NCBI GenBank assembly: GCA_045598105.1
Contig: JAZLLK010000037.1
Location: 34,264-98,263 of the forward strand
From: Bacteroidales bacterium
GTDB taxonomy: Bacteria > Bacteroidota > Bacteroidia > Bacteroidales > WCHB1-69
Length of the DNA: 64,000 nucleotides
Direction: 5' to 3'
This document shows, piece by piece, positions 20,583 to 30,056 of the stretch; the stretch's first letter is position 1, and each line of letters begins with the position of its first letter. Under the pieces are notes generated by a model that saw nothing but the letters and a program-made list of their open reading frames with translations, was not told the DNA's origin and ran no database searches. Position numbers and translations under genes: made by a program.

Positions 20583-22634
20583 ATGCTTTATACCGATAAT
20601 TCATTCAAAAGACACACCATTACATCGGCATTACCTTATGCCAATGGACCCGTTCACATAGGTCACCTGGCCGGCGTATATGTTCCCGCTGATATATATG
20701 CACGCTATTTACGCCTTAGCGGCGAAGAAGTATTGTTCATAGGCGGTAGTGACGAGCATGGTGTACCCATTACCATAAAAGCACGTAAAGAAGGCGTTAC
20801 TCCACAGGATATAGTGGACCGTTACCATAATATAATTAAGCAGTCGTTTGAGGAATTTGGCGTAAGCTTTGACATATACTCACGCACATCCTCAGCCACA
20901 CACCATGAAACGGCGGCAGCCTATTTCAAAAAACTGTACGATGAAGGTAAGTTCATAGAACGCACCACCGAGCAGTACTATGATGAGGAAGCTCATCAGT
21001 TTTTGGCCGACCGTTATATTACAGGTACCTGTCCTCATTGCGGCAATGAAAGAGCATATGGCGACCAATGCGAAGCCTGCGGTACCAGCCTGAATGCGGT
21101 AGATTTAATTAACCCTAAGTCTGCCCTGAGCGGCTCCGTACCCGTGAAGAAAGAAACCAAACACTGGTTTTTGCCCTTGGGAGACTATGAACCTTTTTTG
21201 CGTGACTGGATACTGGAACAGCACAAGAACGACTGGCGTTCTACCGTGTATGGTCAGTGTAAATCGTGGATAGACATGGGCTTACAGCCCAGAGCGGTTA
21301 CCCGTGACCTGGACTGGGGCGTAAAACTGCCCATAGCCGACAGCGAGGGTAAAGTGCTGTATGTGTGGTTTGATGCCCCTATAGGCTACATATCCTTTAC
21401 CAAACAATATACTCCCGATTGGGAAAAATGGTGGAAAGATAAGGATACCAAGTTGGTACACTTTATAGGAAAAGATAATATAGTGTTCCACTGCATTATA
21501 TTCCCTTGCATGCTCAAGGCTGAAGGCAGCTACATACTGCCTCAAAATGTGCCTGCCAACGAATTTATGAACCTTGAAAACGATAAAATATCCACCTCAC
21601 GTAACTGGGCAGTATGGCTGCATGAATATTTGACCGATTTTCCGGGCAAACAGGATGTATTACGCTATGTGCTTACCTCCAATGCCCCCGAAACCAAAGA
21701 TAACGACTTTACATGGAAGGACTTCCAAGCTAAAAACAACAACGAACTGGTAGCCATATTGGGTAATTTTGTAAACAGAAGTGTAGTGCTTACGCACAAA
21801 TTCTATGGAGGCAAAGTGCCGGCACAAGGTGTACTTACCGATATGGACAGACAAATGATAGCCCAAATGGCTCAATATCCTGAACTGATAGGCCGCAATA
21901 TAGAAAAATTTCACTTTAGAGAAGCCCTGAGCGAACTGATGAACCTGGCCCGCCTCGGCAATAAGTACCTCACCGACAATGAGCCTTGGAAATTGGTAAA
22001 AACCGACCCGCAAAGGGTAGAAACCATTATGAACCTTGTATTGCAGCTGGCAGCCAATTTGGCCGTGCTCAGCGAGCCCTTTTTGCCGTTTACGGCACAT
22101 AAAATGCAAGCTATGCTGGGCCTAAGCCCCATGAACTGGCATCAGGCCGGCGGCATACAGCTATTGCCTGCCAACCATATCATAAGCGAAGCCGCCCTGC
22201 TGTTTGAAAAAATAGAAGACGCCGCCATAGCCGCTCAAATACAACGCCTTGCCGACATAAAAAAAGCCAACGAACTGGCAGCCTATACACCTAAAGCCGT
22301 AAAGCCGCTGTGCAGCTTTGACGACTTTGGTAAAATAGACATACGCGTGGGCACCGTAACAGAATGCTTTAAAGTGCCCAAAGCCGATAAACTGTTGCAA
22401 TTCCGCATTAACGACGGCGGCAAAGGCCGCACCATAGTGAGCGGCATAGCCAAATATTACCCCCATCCGGAAGAGCTGGTGGGCAAGCAGGTGTGCTTTA
22501 TAGCTAACTTTGCCCCCAAAAAACTCAAAGGTGTGGAAAGTGAGGGTATGATACTCTCCGCCGAAGACGCCGATGGACGCCTGGTACTCATCACCCCAAG
22601 CGACCTTGTGAAAAATGGTGTAAACATAGGCTAA
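20583..22634 (+). CDS. metG: Methionine--tRNA ligase
   Basis: [11 protein letters not shown], Zn knuckle, KISTS, C-terminal tRNA-binding OB domain; promoter TATATTTG at 20526. Confidence 0.97.
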   Translation: MLYTDNSFKRHTITSALPYANGPVHIGHLAGVYVPADIYARYLRLSGEEVLFIGGSDEHGVPITIKARKEGVTPQDIVDRYHNIIKQSFEEFGVSFDIYSRTSSATHHETAAAYFKKLYDEGKFIERTTEQYYDEEAHQFLADRYITGTCPHCGNERAYGDQCEACGTSLNAVDLINPKSALSGSVPVKKETKHWFLPLGDYEPFLRDWILEQHKNDWRSTVYGQCKSWIDMGLQPRAVTRDLDWGVKLPIADSEGKVLYVWFDAPIGYISFTKQYTPDWEKWWKDKDTKLVHFIGKDNIVFHCIIFPCMLKAEGSYILPQNVPANEFMNLENDKISTSRNWAVWLHEYLTDFPGKQDVLRYVLTSNAPETKDNDFTWKDFQAKNNNELVAILGNFVNRSVVLTHKFYGGKVPAQGVLTDMDRQMIAQMAQYPELIGRNIEKFHFREALSELMNLARLGNKYLTDNEPWKLVKTDPQRVETIMNLVLQLAANLAVLSEPFLPFTAHKMQAMLGLSPMNWHQAGGIQLLPANHIISEAALLFEKIEDAAIAAQIQRLADIKKANELAAYTPKAVKPLCSFDDFGKIDIRVGTVTECFKVPKADKLLQFRINDGGKGRTIVSGIAKYYPHPEELVGKQVCFIANFAPKKLKGVESEGMILSAEDADGRLVLITPSDLVKNGVNIG

Positions 22635-22647
22635 ATTATTAGTACAC

Positions 22648-23556
22648 ATGGCAGAATTACAGTTGTTACACCATGGAGACAAAGTTCAAATAGTGGCCCC
22701 CGCACGTAAAATATCTATGGAAGAACTCGCACCTTCCATACAATATTTTCAGTCGCAAGGCCTGGAAGTGGTGTGCGGAGACCTGCTCTTGGGACAATGC
22801 CACCAGTTTTCGGGCACCGATATGGAACGTGCTGCCGATATGCAGCAGGCTATTGATAATGAGGATATTAAAGCTGTAATATGTGCCCGTGGCGGATACG
22901 GCGGCATGCGTATAGTGGATATGCTTGATTTTACAGCCTTTAAAGCCCACCCTAAATGGCTGTGTGGCTATAGCGACACCACGGTATTCCATGCCCACAT
23001 ACACACCAATACACAGGTGCCTACCCTGCACTGCACCATGCCGGTGAATATACATAGTCATACCGACCACAGCACCGCCTTAAATACTATGATGCAGGCC
23101 ATGTTTACCGGCAAACTGGTATATGATATTCCCTCAGTGGAAGGTAACCGCCCCGGAGAAACCTGCGGACCTGTAGTAGGTGGCAACCTGTCAATACTAT
23201 ATGCCATTAACGGCTCGGCCTCTGATATAGATACCAAAGATAAAATACTATTTATAGAAGATTTGGATGAATACTTGTATCACATAGACCGCATGATGCT
23301 CTGCCTGAAACGTAGCGGCAAACTTAGCCACCTGAAAGGACTCATAGTAGGGGGCATGAGCGATATGCATGATAATACCATACCGTTTGGCTATACAGCC
23401 AAACAAATAATACTACACCACGTACAAGAGTATAATTATCCCGTTTGTTTCGACTTTCCGGCCGGACATATAGAAGATAATAGAGCTATAATAATGGGCG
23501 CAACATCAATACTTAACGTAACAGAATCTAAAGTAACACTTCAAATAAGTTTGTAA
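22648..23556 (+). CDS. LD-carboxypeptidase (peptidase S66)
   Basis: CARGGYG, GYSDTT, GGNLS, LFIED, PAGH. Confidence 0.9.
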   Translation: MAELQLLHHGDKVQIVAPARKISMEELAPSIQYFQSQGLEVVCGDLLLGQCHQFSGTDMERAADMQQAIDNEDIKAVICARGGYGGMRIVDMLDFTAFKAHPKWLCGYSDTTVFHAHIHTNTQVPTLHCTMPVNIHSHTDHSTALNTMMQAMFTGKLVYDIPSVEGNRPGETCGPVVGGNLSILYAINGSASDIDTKDKILFIEDLDEYLYHIDRMMLCLKRSGKLSHLKGLIVGGMSDMHDNTIPFGYTAKQIILHHVQEYNYPVCFDFPAGHIEDNRAIIMGATSILNVTESKVTLQISL

Positions 23557-24531
23557 ATGTACACTTCCTCCGTCGGCATGAACAAAAAACCCGCACTATG
23601 GCTGCAAATAGCAGGCATAATAGCATTATACGCCATAGCGGTAAGTGCGGTAACAGGCATGTCGGCTACCCGCATACACTTTGCATTACTATGCCTTCCC
23701 GCCTCGTGGGCAGGCATATCCTTAGTTGTGTATAAGTGTGTGGTATTGCTACTATTAGCCGGAAATACAGCCGTTGTGGTATTGATGTTGCTACACCTTA
23801 ACCTTATAGAACTGCGTGACTATCGTTCTGCCATGTATTACCTGCTGTTGCATATACTTATACCGGATAGTATAACACTACCTGATATGCTGACAGAAAG
23901 CATGTTCTTATATATACTGCTGCCACGCCTGCTGGAGGTGAACACTACGGAACTGCATCAGGCTAACGCTCCTACGGGTGGATTTGTATTCGGATTTTGC
24001 TGCGGGCTGCTTGCCCTTATATACCCGCCCATGTGCATAGTGGCAATATTGTGGCTTTTGGTGAATATATTTTACCGAAACCTATCGGTAAAGACTGTAC
24101 TGCTCCCTGTTATGGGATTGGGAATCACCATATTATACGCATGGGCATACGCCTACATATTCCATCGTGTTATACACATTACCCCATGGTATTTCCGTTG
24201 GCAGGGCCAACCTGACCCCATGCACCTGATGGAATACATAAGCCGATTTATACTCATAGCTACCATGTGCTTTACCTTAGTGCTTATGCTGCGTAAAGTA
24301 GGAAAAATAGAAATGAACCGACGTAAAAAATGGTTTGTTCTTATTATCAACTATATAATACTGCTACCGGTAATGCTTCTGCTCAAAGACAGCTGGCATT
24401 TATATTATTCCATATGGATAATTATATGCTCCTTTATGCTAAACGTGTCCATGTATCATACCAAATCACCTGTGCTGCGTTATATACTCATATTATTAAC
24501 GATTATGGCACTATATATTAATTTAGTGTAG
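23557..24531 (+). CDS. Polytopic membrane protein (DUF6427-like)
   Basis: Hydrophobic throughout; starts immediately after the upstream stop. Confidence 0.5.
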   Translation: MYTSSVGMNKKPALWLQIAGIIALYAIAVSAVTGMSATRIHFALLCLPASWAGISLVVYKCVVLLLLAGNTAVVVLMLLHLNLIELRDYRSAMYYLLLHILIPDSITLPDMLTESMFLYILLPRLLEVNTTELHQANAPTGGFVFGFCCGLLALIYPPMCIVAILWLLVNIFYRNLSVKTVLLPVMGLGITILYAWAYAYIFHRVIHITPWYFRWQGQPDPMHLMEYISRFILIATMCFTLVLMLRKVGKIEMNRRKKWFVLIINYIILLPVMLLLKDSWHLYYSIWIIICSFMLNVSMYHTKSPVLRYILILLTIMALYINLV

Positions 24532-24534
24532 TGA

Positions 24535-25620
24535 ATGAAAAGAAAAATATTGTTTATAGCTCCACATCGTAAAGGAAGGTCGCCCGGGCAAAGGTTCCGA
24601 TTTGAACAATATATGGACTATTTGCAACAGAACGGATACCAATGTGATATGTCGTATCTTATAAGTGAAAACGATGATAAGTACTTCTATCAAAAAGGGC
24701 ATATTGTACGCAAAATGCTCATATATTGGAAATGTATATTCATACGTGTGCGTGATGTGTTGCGTGCCTCACAATATGACATTATATTCATATACCGTGA
24801 AGCCCTGTTTACCCGTTCCACCATATTTGAATACCTGTTTGCCCATATATGCAGGCACACCTTTGTTGATTTTGACGATGCCATATTCCTGCTGGACGTG
24901 TCTGAGGCCAACCGCAGCCTCAAATGGCTCAAGTCGCCATCAAAAATAAACAAAACCTTATCATATGTAGATATGGCCATAGTGGGCAATCGGTATTTGC
25001 ATGACTATGCTATACAATATGCCTCTAAGGTGCACATATTTCCCACCACACTGCACATGGACCACATACAGCTATATCCTCATGCTCCTTCGGAGCAGGT
25101 GTGCATAGGCTGGATAGGCAGTACCACCACCATTAAGCATATACGTTGGGCAGTGCCCATACTGAAAGCTATATATGAAAAATATGGCAACAAGGTGTGT
25201 TTTAAAATAATAGCAGACGTACAGCTGCAGGCGGAAGGGTTACCCATACTCAATGTAAAATGGGATCCCCTCACCGAAAGCCGTGAACTGTGCAGTTTTG
25301 ACATAGGCATAATGCCTTTGCCCGATGACGAATGGTCTAAAGGCAAATGCGGATTTAAAGGACTACAATGTATGGCTTACCACATACCCGTAGTTATGTC
25401 GCCTGTGGGTGTAAACACCCAAATAATACAAGACGGAGTAAACGGGTATTTGGCCACTAACGAGCAGGAGTGGCTGCAAAAAATATCTGCACTGATAGAC
25501 AATGCCGATTTGCGTAAGCAAATGGGAAATAACGGACGCCATACCGTAGAAACACGATATTCGTATCAGGCCCTTAAAGATGTATATTTAAACTATTTTA
25601 ACAGTTGTTTCCATGCTTAA
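24535..25620 (+). CDS. Glycosyltransferase family 4
   Basis: SPGQRFRFEQY, DFDDAIF, DIGIMPL, GKCGFK, SPVGVN. Confidence 0.9.
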   Translation: MKRKILFIAPHRKGRSPGQRFRFEQYMDYLQQNGYQCDMSYLISENDDKYFYQKGHIVRKMLIYWKCIFIRVRDVLRASQYDIIFIYREALFTRSTIFEYLFAHICRHTFVDFDDAIFLLDVSEANRSLKWLKSPSKINKTLSYVDMAIVGNRYLHDYAIQYASKVHIFPTTLHMDHIQLYPHAPSEQVCIGWIGSTTTIKHIRWAVPILKAIYEKYGNKVCFKIIADVQLQAEGLPILNVKWDPLTESRELCSFDIGIMPLPDDEWSKGKCGFKGLQCMAYHIPVVMSPVGVNTQIIQDGVNGYLATNEQEWLQKISALIDNADLRKQMGNNGRHTVETRYSYQALKDVYLNYFNSCFHA

Positions 25621-26212
25621 ATCCTATATGCAGGCGGGTAGAATAGAGGCAGGCTGTGATGAAGCCGGACGCGGTTGCCTGGCCGGCCCCGTGTGCGCCG
25701 CCGCCGTAATACTGCCCCCACATTTTTATAACGAAAATATTAACGACAGTAAACAACTTACCGAAAAACAACGTAATAGGCTGCGTATTGTAATAGAAGA
25801 GCAAGCCATAGCATGGGCCGTGGTAATGATACCACCCGAAACCATAGACGAAATTAACATACTACATGCCTCTATATTAGGTATGAATGAAGCCGTTCAC
25901 CAACTGAAAATACAGCCCCAACACCTGCTCATAGACGGTAACAAATTCACCGACAAATACCATATTCCTTACTCTTGCGTGGTAAAAGGCGACGCCACCT
26001 ACCTCAGCATAGCCGCCGCCTCCATATTGGCAAAAACCCACCGTGATGAATACATGCGGCAATTGGCCATGCAATACCCGCAATACGATTGGGACCAAAA
26101 CAAAGGTTATCCTACTGCCACTCATCGTCAAGCCATACTGCAATACGGCATTAGCCCTCATCATAGAAAATCGTTTACACTGCTACCGACACAACTAAAA
26201 CTTGACCTCTAA
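25613..26212 (+). CDS. rnhB: Ribonuclease HII
   Basis: GCDEAGRGCLAGPV, DSKQL, IAAASILAK. Confidence 0.96.
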   Translation: MLKSYMQAGRIEAGCDEAGRGCLAGPVCAAAVILPPHFYNENINDSKQLTEKQRNRLRIVIEEQAIAWAVVMIPPETIDEINILHASILGMNEAVHQLKIQPQHLLIDGNKFTDKYHIPYSCVVKGDATYLSIAAASILAKTHRDEYMRQLAMQYPQYDWDQNKGYPTATHRQAILQYGISPHHRKSFTLLPTQLKLDL

Positions 26213-27611
26213 TATGCCTGCTAAAGATGTGAACCTTAAATGGATAGTAGCTACCGGCATTACCTTGCTGACCGTAGCCGCCATAGTAATGGTGCTTATA
26301 CATATGTATGCCTACCTTAATGCACCATTTATTTCTCCCTATGCCGCTATGCCTACGTCTGCCGCCATAGTAGTGCACATGGATAGTAGCTTTTCACCCG
26401 CATCTTCCATGCTTCCCATAGAGGAAAATATAAATAAAGAATACAATTCAAAATTTGAACCATTACTTGAGAAAGCATATAGTAAATATCATTATAATAG
26501 ATATATAACAAATTCAAAAATATGTGTCAATTTCTATAACGGCCAATACGGTTTTATATGGATAGCCTTGGTAAATAAAGATAAGCTGAAATGGCTGGAA
26601 CAAACAATTAGTCGTGAAAATTTAAAGCGGATAAACTATAAGGATATAACCATATATGAAGATGCCGATATGTATTTTTATATATATCATAATCTTTTGG
26701 TAGCCTCACATCACACGGCTACACTTCGCCTGTCGGTAAATAGGCTCATATCCGATACCGCTGATTACCTGCAGCTGCCACCTGTGAATAAAGGCATGTG
26801 CGTAAGCTATTTGCCTGCCAATATGGCCGCTATGTCAGGCACGGGCTCACCCATAAGTTGTATAGATACCTCCTTATTCAGGCAAATAAACCTGTATTAC
26901 ACCTTGCACCATAATACCTACACCGGCAATGCCGATATATATACCTCACGCAAGTGTTCCCGTAAAGGCTTTCAATGTGATGTGAATAACTATTATGATT
27001 ACATTCCCTCCACAGCATCACAAATACTTATAATACAGGAAAATGCCTTTCAATGGTTACAGAATTACAATGAATTGTCAATAGAACAGAATAAATGGAT
27101 GCAGTACTTTCAGCCGCAGGCTATAGCCTGTGTGGATATTATAGGCAACCATAATCAACTGTACCATTATATTTTGCTTAAACCCAAGCATCCGGAGCAA
27201 TTGGCAGGCGATATGTTTTTCCTTACGGAAAAAAATGAGGAAACCGCCATAGGTGCCTTTGCCGGCTACGATACTTTTATGCTGCAAAATGTGGAAGTTG
27301 GTAGGGTAAACATACCCAATTTTATATATTTACGTTGGCACATAGCCTCCGGATTAAGTTATATGAAAAACTATGTAATAATGGACGACTACATATTGCT
27401 GGCTGCAAGTGATTATGCCATACAGGCATACCTGGAAGCACTACAACACACCTTACAGGAAAACCGCTACTATGTACAAAGTGATACCTACTTTACCTCT
27501 CAGGCCGACATGCTTTATTTTAATATGTCCGCAGGCGGCGTGTACCGCCTGCAAATGGAACAGCATGACGCCACTTCCTGCCTTATGCATGTGTATGCAA
27601 CCCCCAAATAG
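26202..27611 (+). CDS. Hypothetical protein with N-terminal membrane anchor
   Basis: 469-aa ORF in the operon; no recognised motif. Confidence 0.55.
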   Translation: MTSNMPAKDVNLKWIVATGITLLTVAAIVMVLIHMYAYLNAPFISPYAAMPTSAAIVVHMDSSFSPASSMLPIEENINKEYNSKFEPLLEKAYSKYHYNRYITNSKICVNFYNGQYGFIWIALVNKDKLKWLEQTISRENLKRINYKDITIYEDADMYFYIYHNLLVASHHTATLRLSVNRLISDTADYLQLPPVNKGMCVSYLPANMAAMSGTGSPISCIDTSLFRQINLYYTLHHNTYTGNADIYTSRKCSRKGFQCDVNNYYDYIPSTASQILIIQENAFQWLQNYNELSIEQNKWMQYFQPQAIACVDIIGNHNQLYHYILLKPKHPEQLAGDMFFLTEKNEETAIGAFAGYDTFMLQNVEVGRVNIPNFIYLRWHIASGLSYMKNYVIMDDYILLAASDYAIQAYLEALQHTLQENRYYVQSDTYFTSQADMLYFNMSAGGVYRLQMEQHDATSCLMHVYATPK

Positions 27612-27637
27612 TATTTATTCTTCATTCCTAATATACC

Positions 27638-27670
27638 TCTCCCATTTTTTTTCTCAAAAAAAATGGGAGA
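27638..27670. terminator. Hairpin between convergent genes
   Basis: Perfect 15-bp stem TCTCCCATTTTTTTT-CTC-AAAAAAAATGGGAGA. Confidence 0.55.
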
Positions 27671-27681
27671 AAGACAAAGTA

Positions 27682-28116
27682 TTAGTAATTTAGCGTAAGC
27701 GTAAGCGTGTTATAATCTATAATAGCATGATAGCGTAGCAGTATATCACTGCCTATAAGCCCCGCCACAGGCGGCAAATGCAGACCATGAAGCATGGTAT
27801 TAATATGGCTTATGTCTAACATAAGAAAAGGGTAGTGCCTAATATAAATATCACCTATACGCATGCCCGGCAACCTGTATAATAATGCCGGCTGCTGCAT
27901 GTCCTCACTGGCACTGAGCACCTTATCATCTATATTTACGGCATGCTGCTTATAACTTTCACCCGTTATGTGGGGCGAAAGACAGGAATGCGAGGCTCCG
28001 GTATCTATAACCATGCGTTGCATGTGTCGGCCTATTTTTACCGGCAATATCAGTTGTACATTCTGCTTGTTGTTTAAATATTGCAGCGTTAATGGTATTG
28101 TAGTAGTGGTCGGCAT
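27682..28116 (-). CDS. Retropepsin-like aspartyl protease
   Basis: VIDTGAS catalytic motif and GLIGSDIL. Confidence 0.85.
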   Translation of the reverse strand: MPTTTTIPLTLQYLNNKQNVQLILPVKIGRHMQRMVIDTGASHSCLSPHITGESYKQHAVNIDDKVLSASEDMQQPALLYRLPGMRIGDIYIRHYPFLMLDISHINTMLHGLHLPPVAGLIGSDILLRYHAIIDYNTLTLTLNY

Positions 28117-28892
28117 TAGTATATCAATGTTTTAATACCCCATGCACGCAGAGGGGCGGCTATGGTTTCCAATTCGTCTTTTTCTATTTTTACCAGCGAT
28201 TTTTCAGGCGTTTCTCTATCTATAGGATACAACATTACCGTGTGCGGATGTATACGCTCTATACGCTCCATCCAAGCTGCCAACTCCTCACCGCGGGTGT
28301 TATCTACCTTATAGTCATCATTATACCCTCTCAAAAAAAGCGTTTGTATAGTCAGCTTGCCCTTAAATTCACACAACCTATGGGTAATATCTTCTATATC
28401 TATGTGCTCAAACGGCTTATTTATAATGTCAAACATTTGCTGAGTACCTGCGTCTAACTTTAACATGGGATTATCTATTTTGAGCAAAGTACGCATTACG
28501 TCATCCCGATACAACTGGGTAGAATTAGAAAGACAGGATATAATGGAGTGAGGATAGTATTCATTCCTTAATTCTATAATTCTATTGGTAATAATTTCAA
28601 ATTCAGGATGAAGCGTAGGTTCACCATTACCGGAATAGGTTATGGAATCTATTACCGTACCCTCATCATGCATTTGCTTAAAGCGTTCTTCCAATACCGG
28701 TAATATTACATCAGCATGTAATAACTTGTCATACTTTACCTCCGATGTAAGCCCCCAACCACATTCACAATATATACAATTGAATGTACAGAACTTAATA
28801 TCTTCAGGCATAAGGTTGATACCCAATGAATTACCCAAACGACGACTATGTATGGGACCAAATATAATTTTATTAAATAATATTCCTGACAT
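28116..28892 (-). CDS. Radical SAM protein
   Basis: GPIHSRRLGNSLGINL, CTFNCIYC, SGNGEPTLHP; promoter TACCTTTG (28911-28918, minus strand) favours start 28892. Confidence 0.85.
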   Translation of the reverse strand: MSGILFNKIIFGPIHSRRLGNSLGINLMPEDIKFCTFNCIYCECGWGLTSEVKYDKLLHADVILPVLEERFKQMHDEGTVIDSITYSGNGEPTLHPEFEIITNRIIELRNEYYPHSIISCLSNSTQLYRDDVMRTLLKIDNPMLKLDAGTQQMFDIINKPFEHIDIEDITHRLCEFKGKLTIQTLFLRGYNDDYKVDNTRGEELAAWMERIERIHPHTVMLYPIDRETPEKSLVKIEKDELETIAAPLRAWGIKTLIY

Positions 28893-29043
28893 ATAGCTAT
28901 TATTTTGTTGCAAAGGTAGCATATTTTATGCTGTCAAACCCCAATTAAGGTCTATTTTCTTTTACCCTTAATACAAAAAAAAACAGCTACTGCCATAGTC
29001 CGAATAACGGCTTAAAGCAACGCTTATCGTCATGGTAGGGGTG

Positions 29044-29922
29044 TTGCAAGTCTGTAGTGGATATCAGCATCACAAGGCTTAGCGCATGCGGGAATAAAAA
29101 TTAAAGAAAAACAGGGACGGAAGCCCTTGCTACGCAACGGGAAGCCTGCACAGGAAAATTTTCCTTGCAAGCAGAAGCTTGCAGACAAAATTTCCCTTAC
29201 GCATGCTTATTACATTCCTTCCGTCCCTAAAAAACACGCCACTTACAGTGGCTGGAAAACTACTTTAACATACTTATTACAAATGCTAATTAACGGTATT
29301 ACATACCATCAGCGAGAAAAAAACGGGGGTAATACCGTAATTTCAAAGGTATAGCGTTTAAATTAAAATGCATTCCTAAAGCCCTCCTACAGAGTGCTAC
29401 CGACCCGCATAAGCGGTGATTTTTACCTTCGGTGATTTTGCTCCGCTTTAACCAAACAAACCTTCGGCTTGTTTGGTCTAAAGCTTAATCGCAAAATTCT
29501 TTGTTACTTTCTTTGTATGGCAGACAAAGAAAGTAAGTAGAAAGTAATAACAATATAATTCCGGTATTTGTAAATAATATGAGTATAATAACTTTAGTTA
29601 TAAGTACAACCTCTATTTAAAGGGTTGTACCACGTTTTTTTCTCGTGTATTACCGCAGGAACGTTAAATAAACAATGGTTATAAGAGAACAGAATTGGTT
29701 TTCTCGCCCGCAGAGGCGGGCGTGTTTTCTCGGGACGAAGTACTTATATAAAAAAGCGGGTAAATGCTAAATTTTATCTGCAAGCCTTTGGGCTTGTAAG
29801 GAAAATTTAGCGTTACACGCTTAGTTGCCGTGAGGCAACAGTACTTCGTCTCGTGTTTTTCTTTAATTAAATGTTGCTTTGCAGTGAAAACTCCATATAC
29901 ACTTAACTCAGCGAATGCGGAA
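29044..29922. repeat. Mosaic palindromic element, copy 3 (arm L 29101-29325, module B 29375-29536 on -, arm R 29633-29866)
   Basis: Close relative of copy 1 including both flanks; carries module B reverse-complemented relative to copy 2. Confidence 0.9.
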
Positions 29923-30056
29923 AAAAACAATTAAAAATGGAAAAATGTAAATATTTATAAATAAATGTATTGCAAATATTTTTTTGACAAATAGTGACAA
30001 AAAAACAGGAATATGAAGGGCGGTTTTTAGCGTATGCGAATGTAAAAAAATCGGCT

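Noticed and set aside
27682-28116. Retroelement implied by the retropepsin-like protease
   Set aside because: Common stand-alone bacterial family; no reverse transcriptase or integrase nearby
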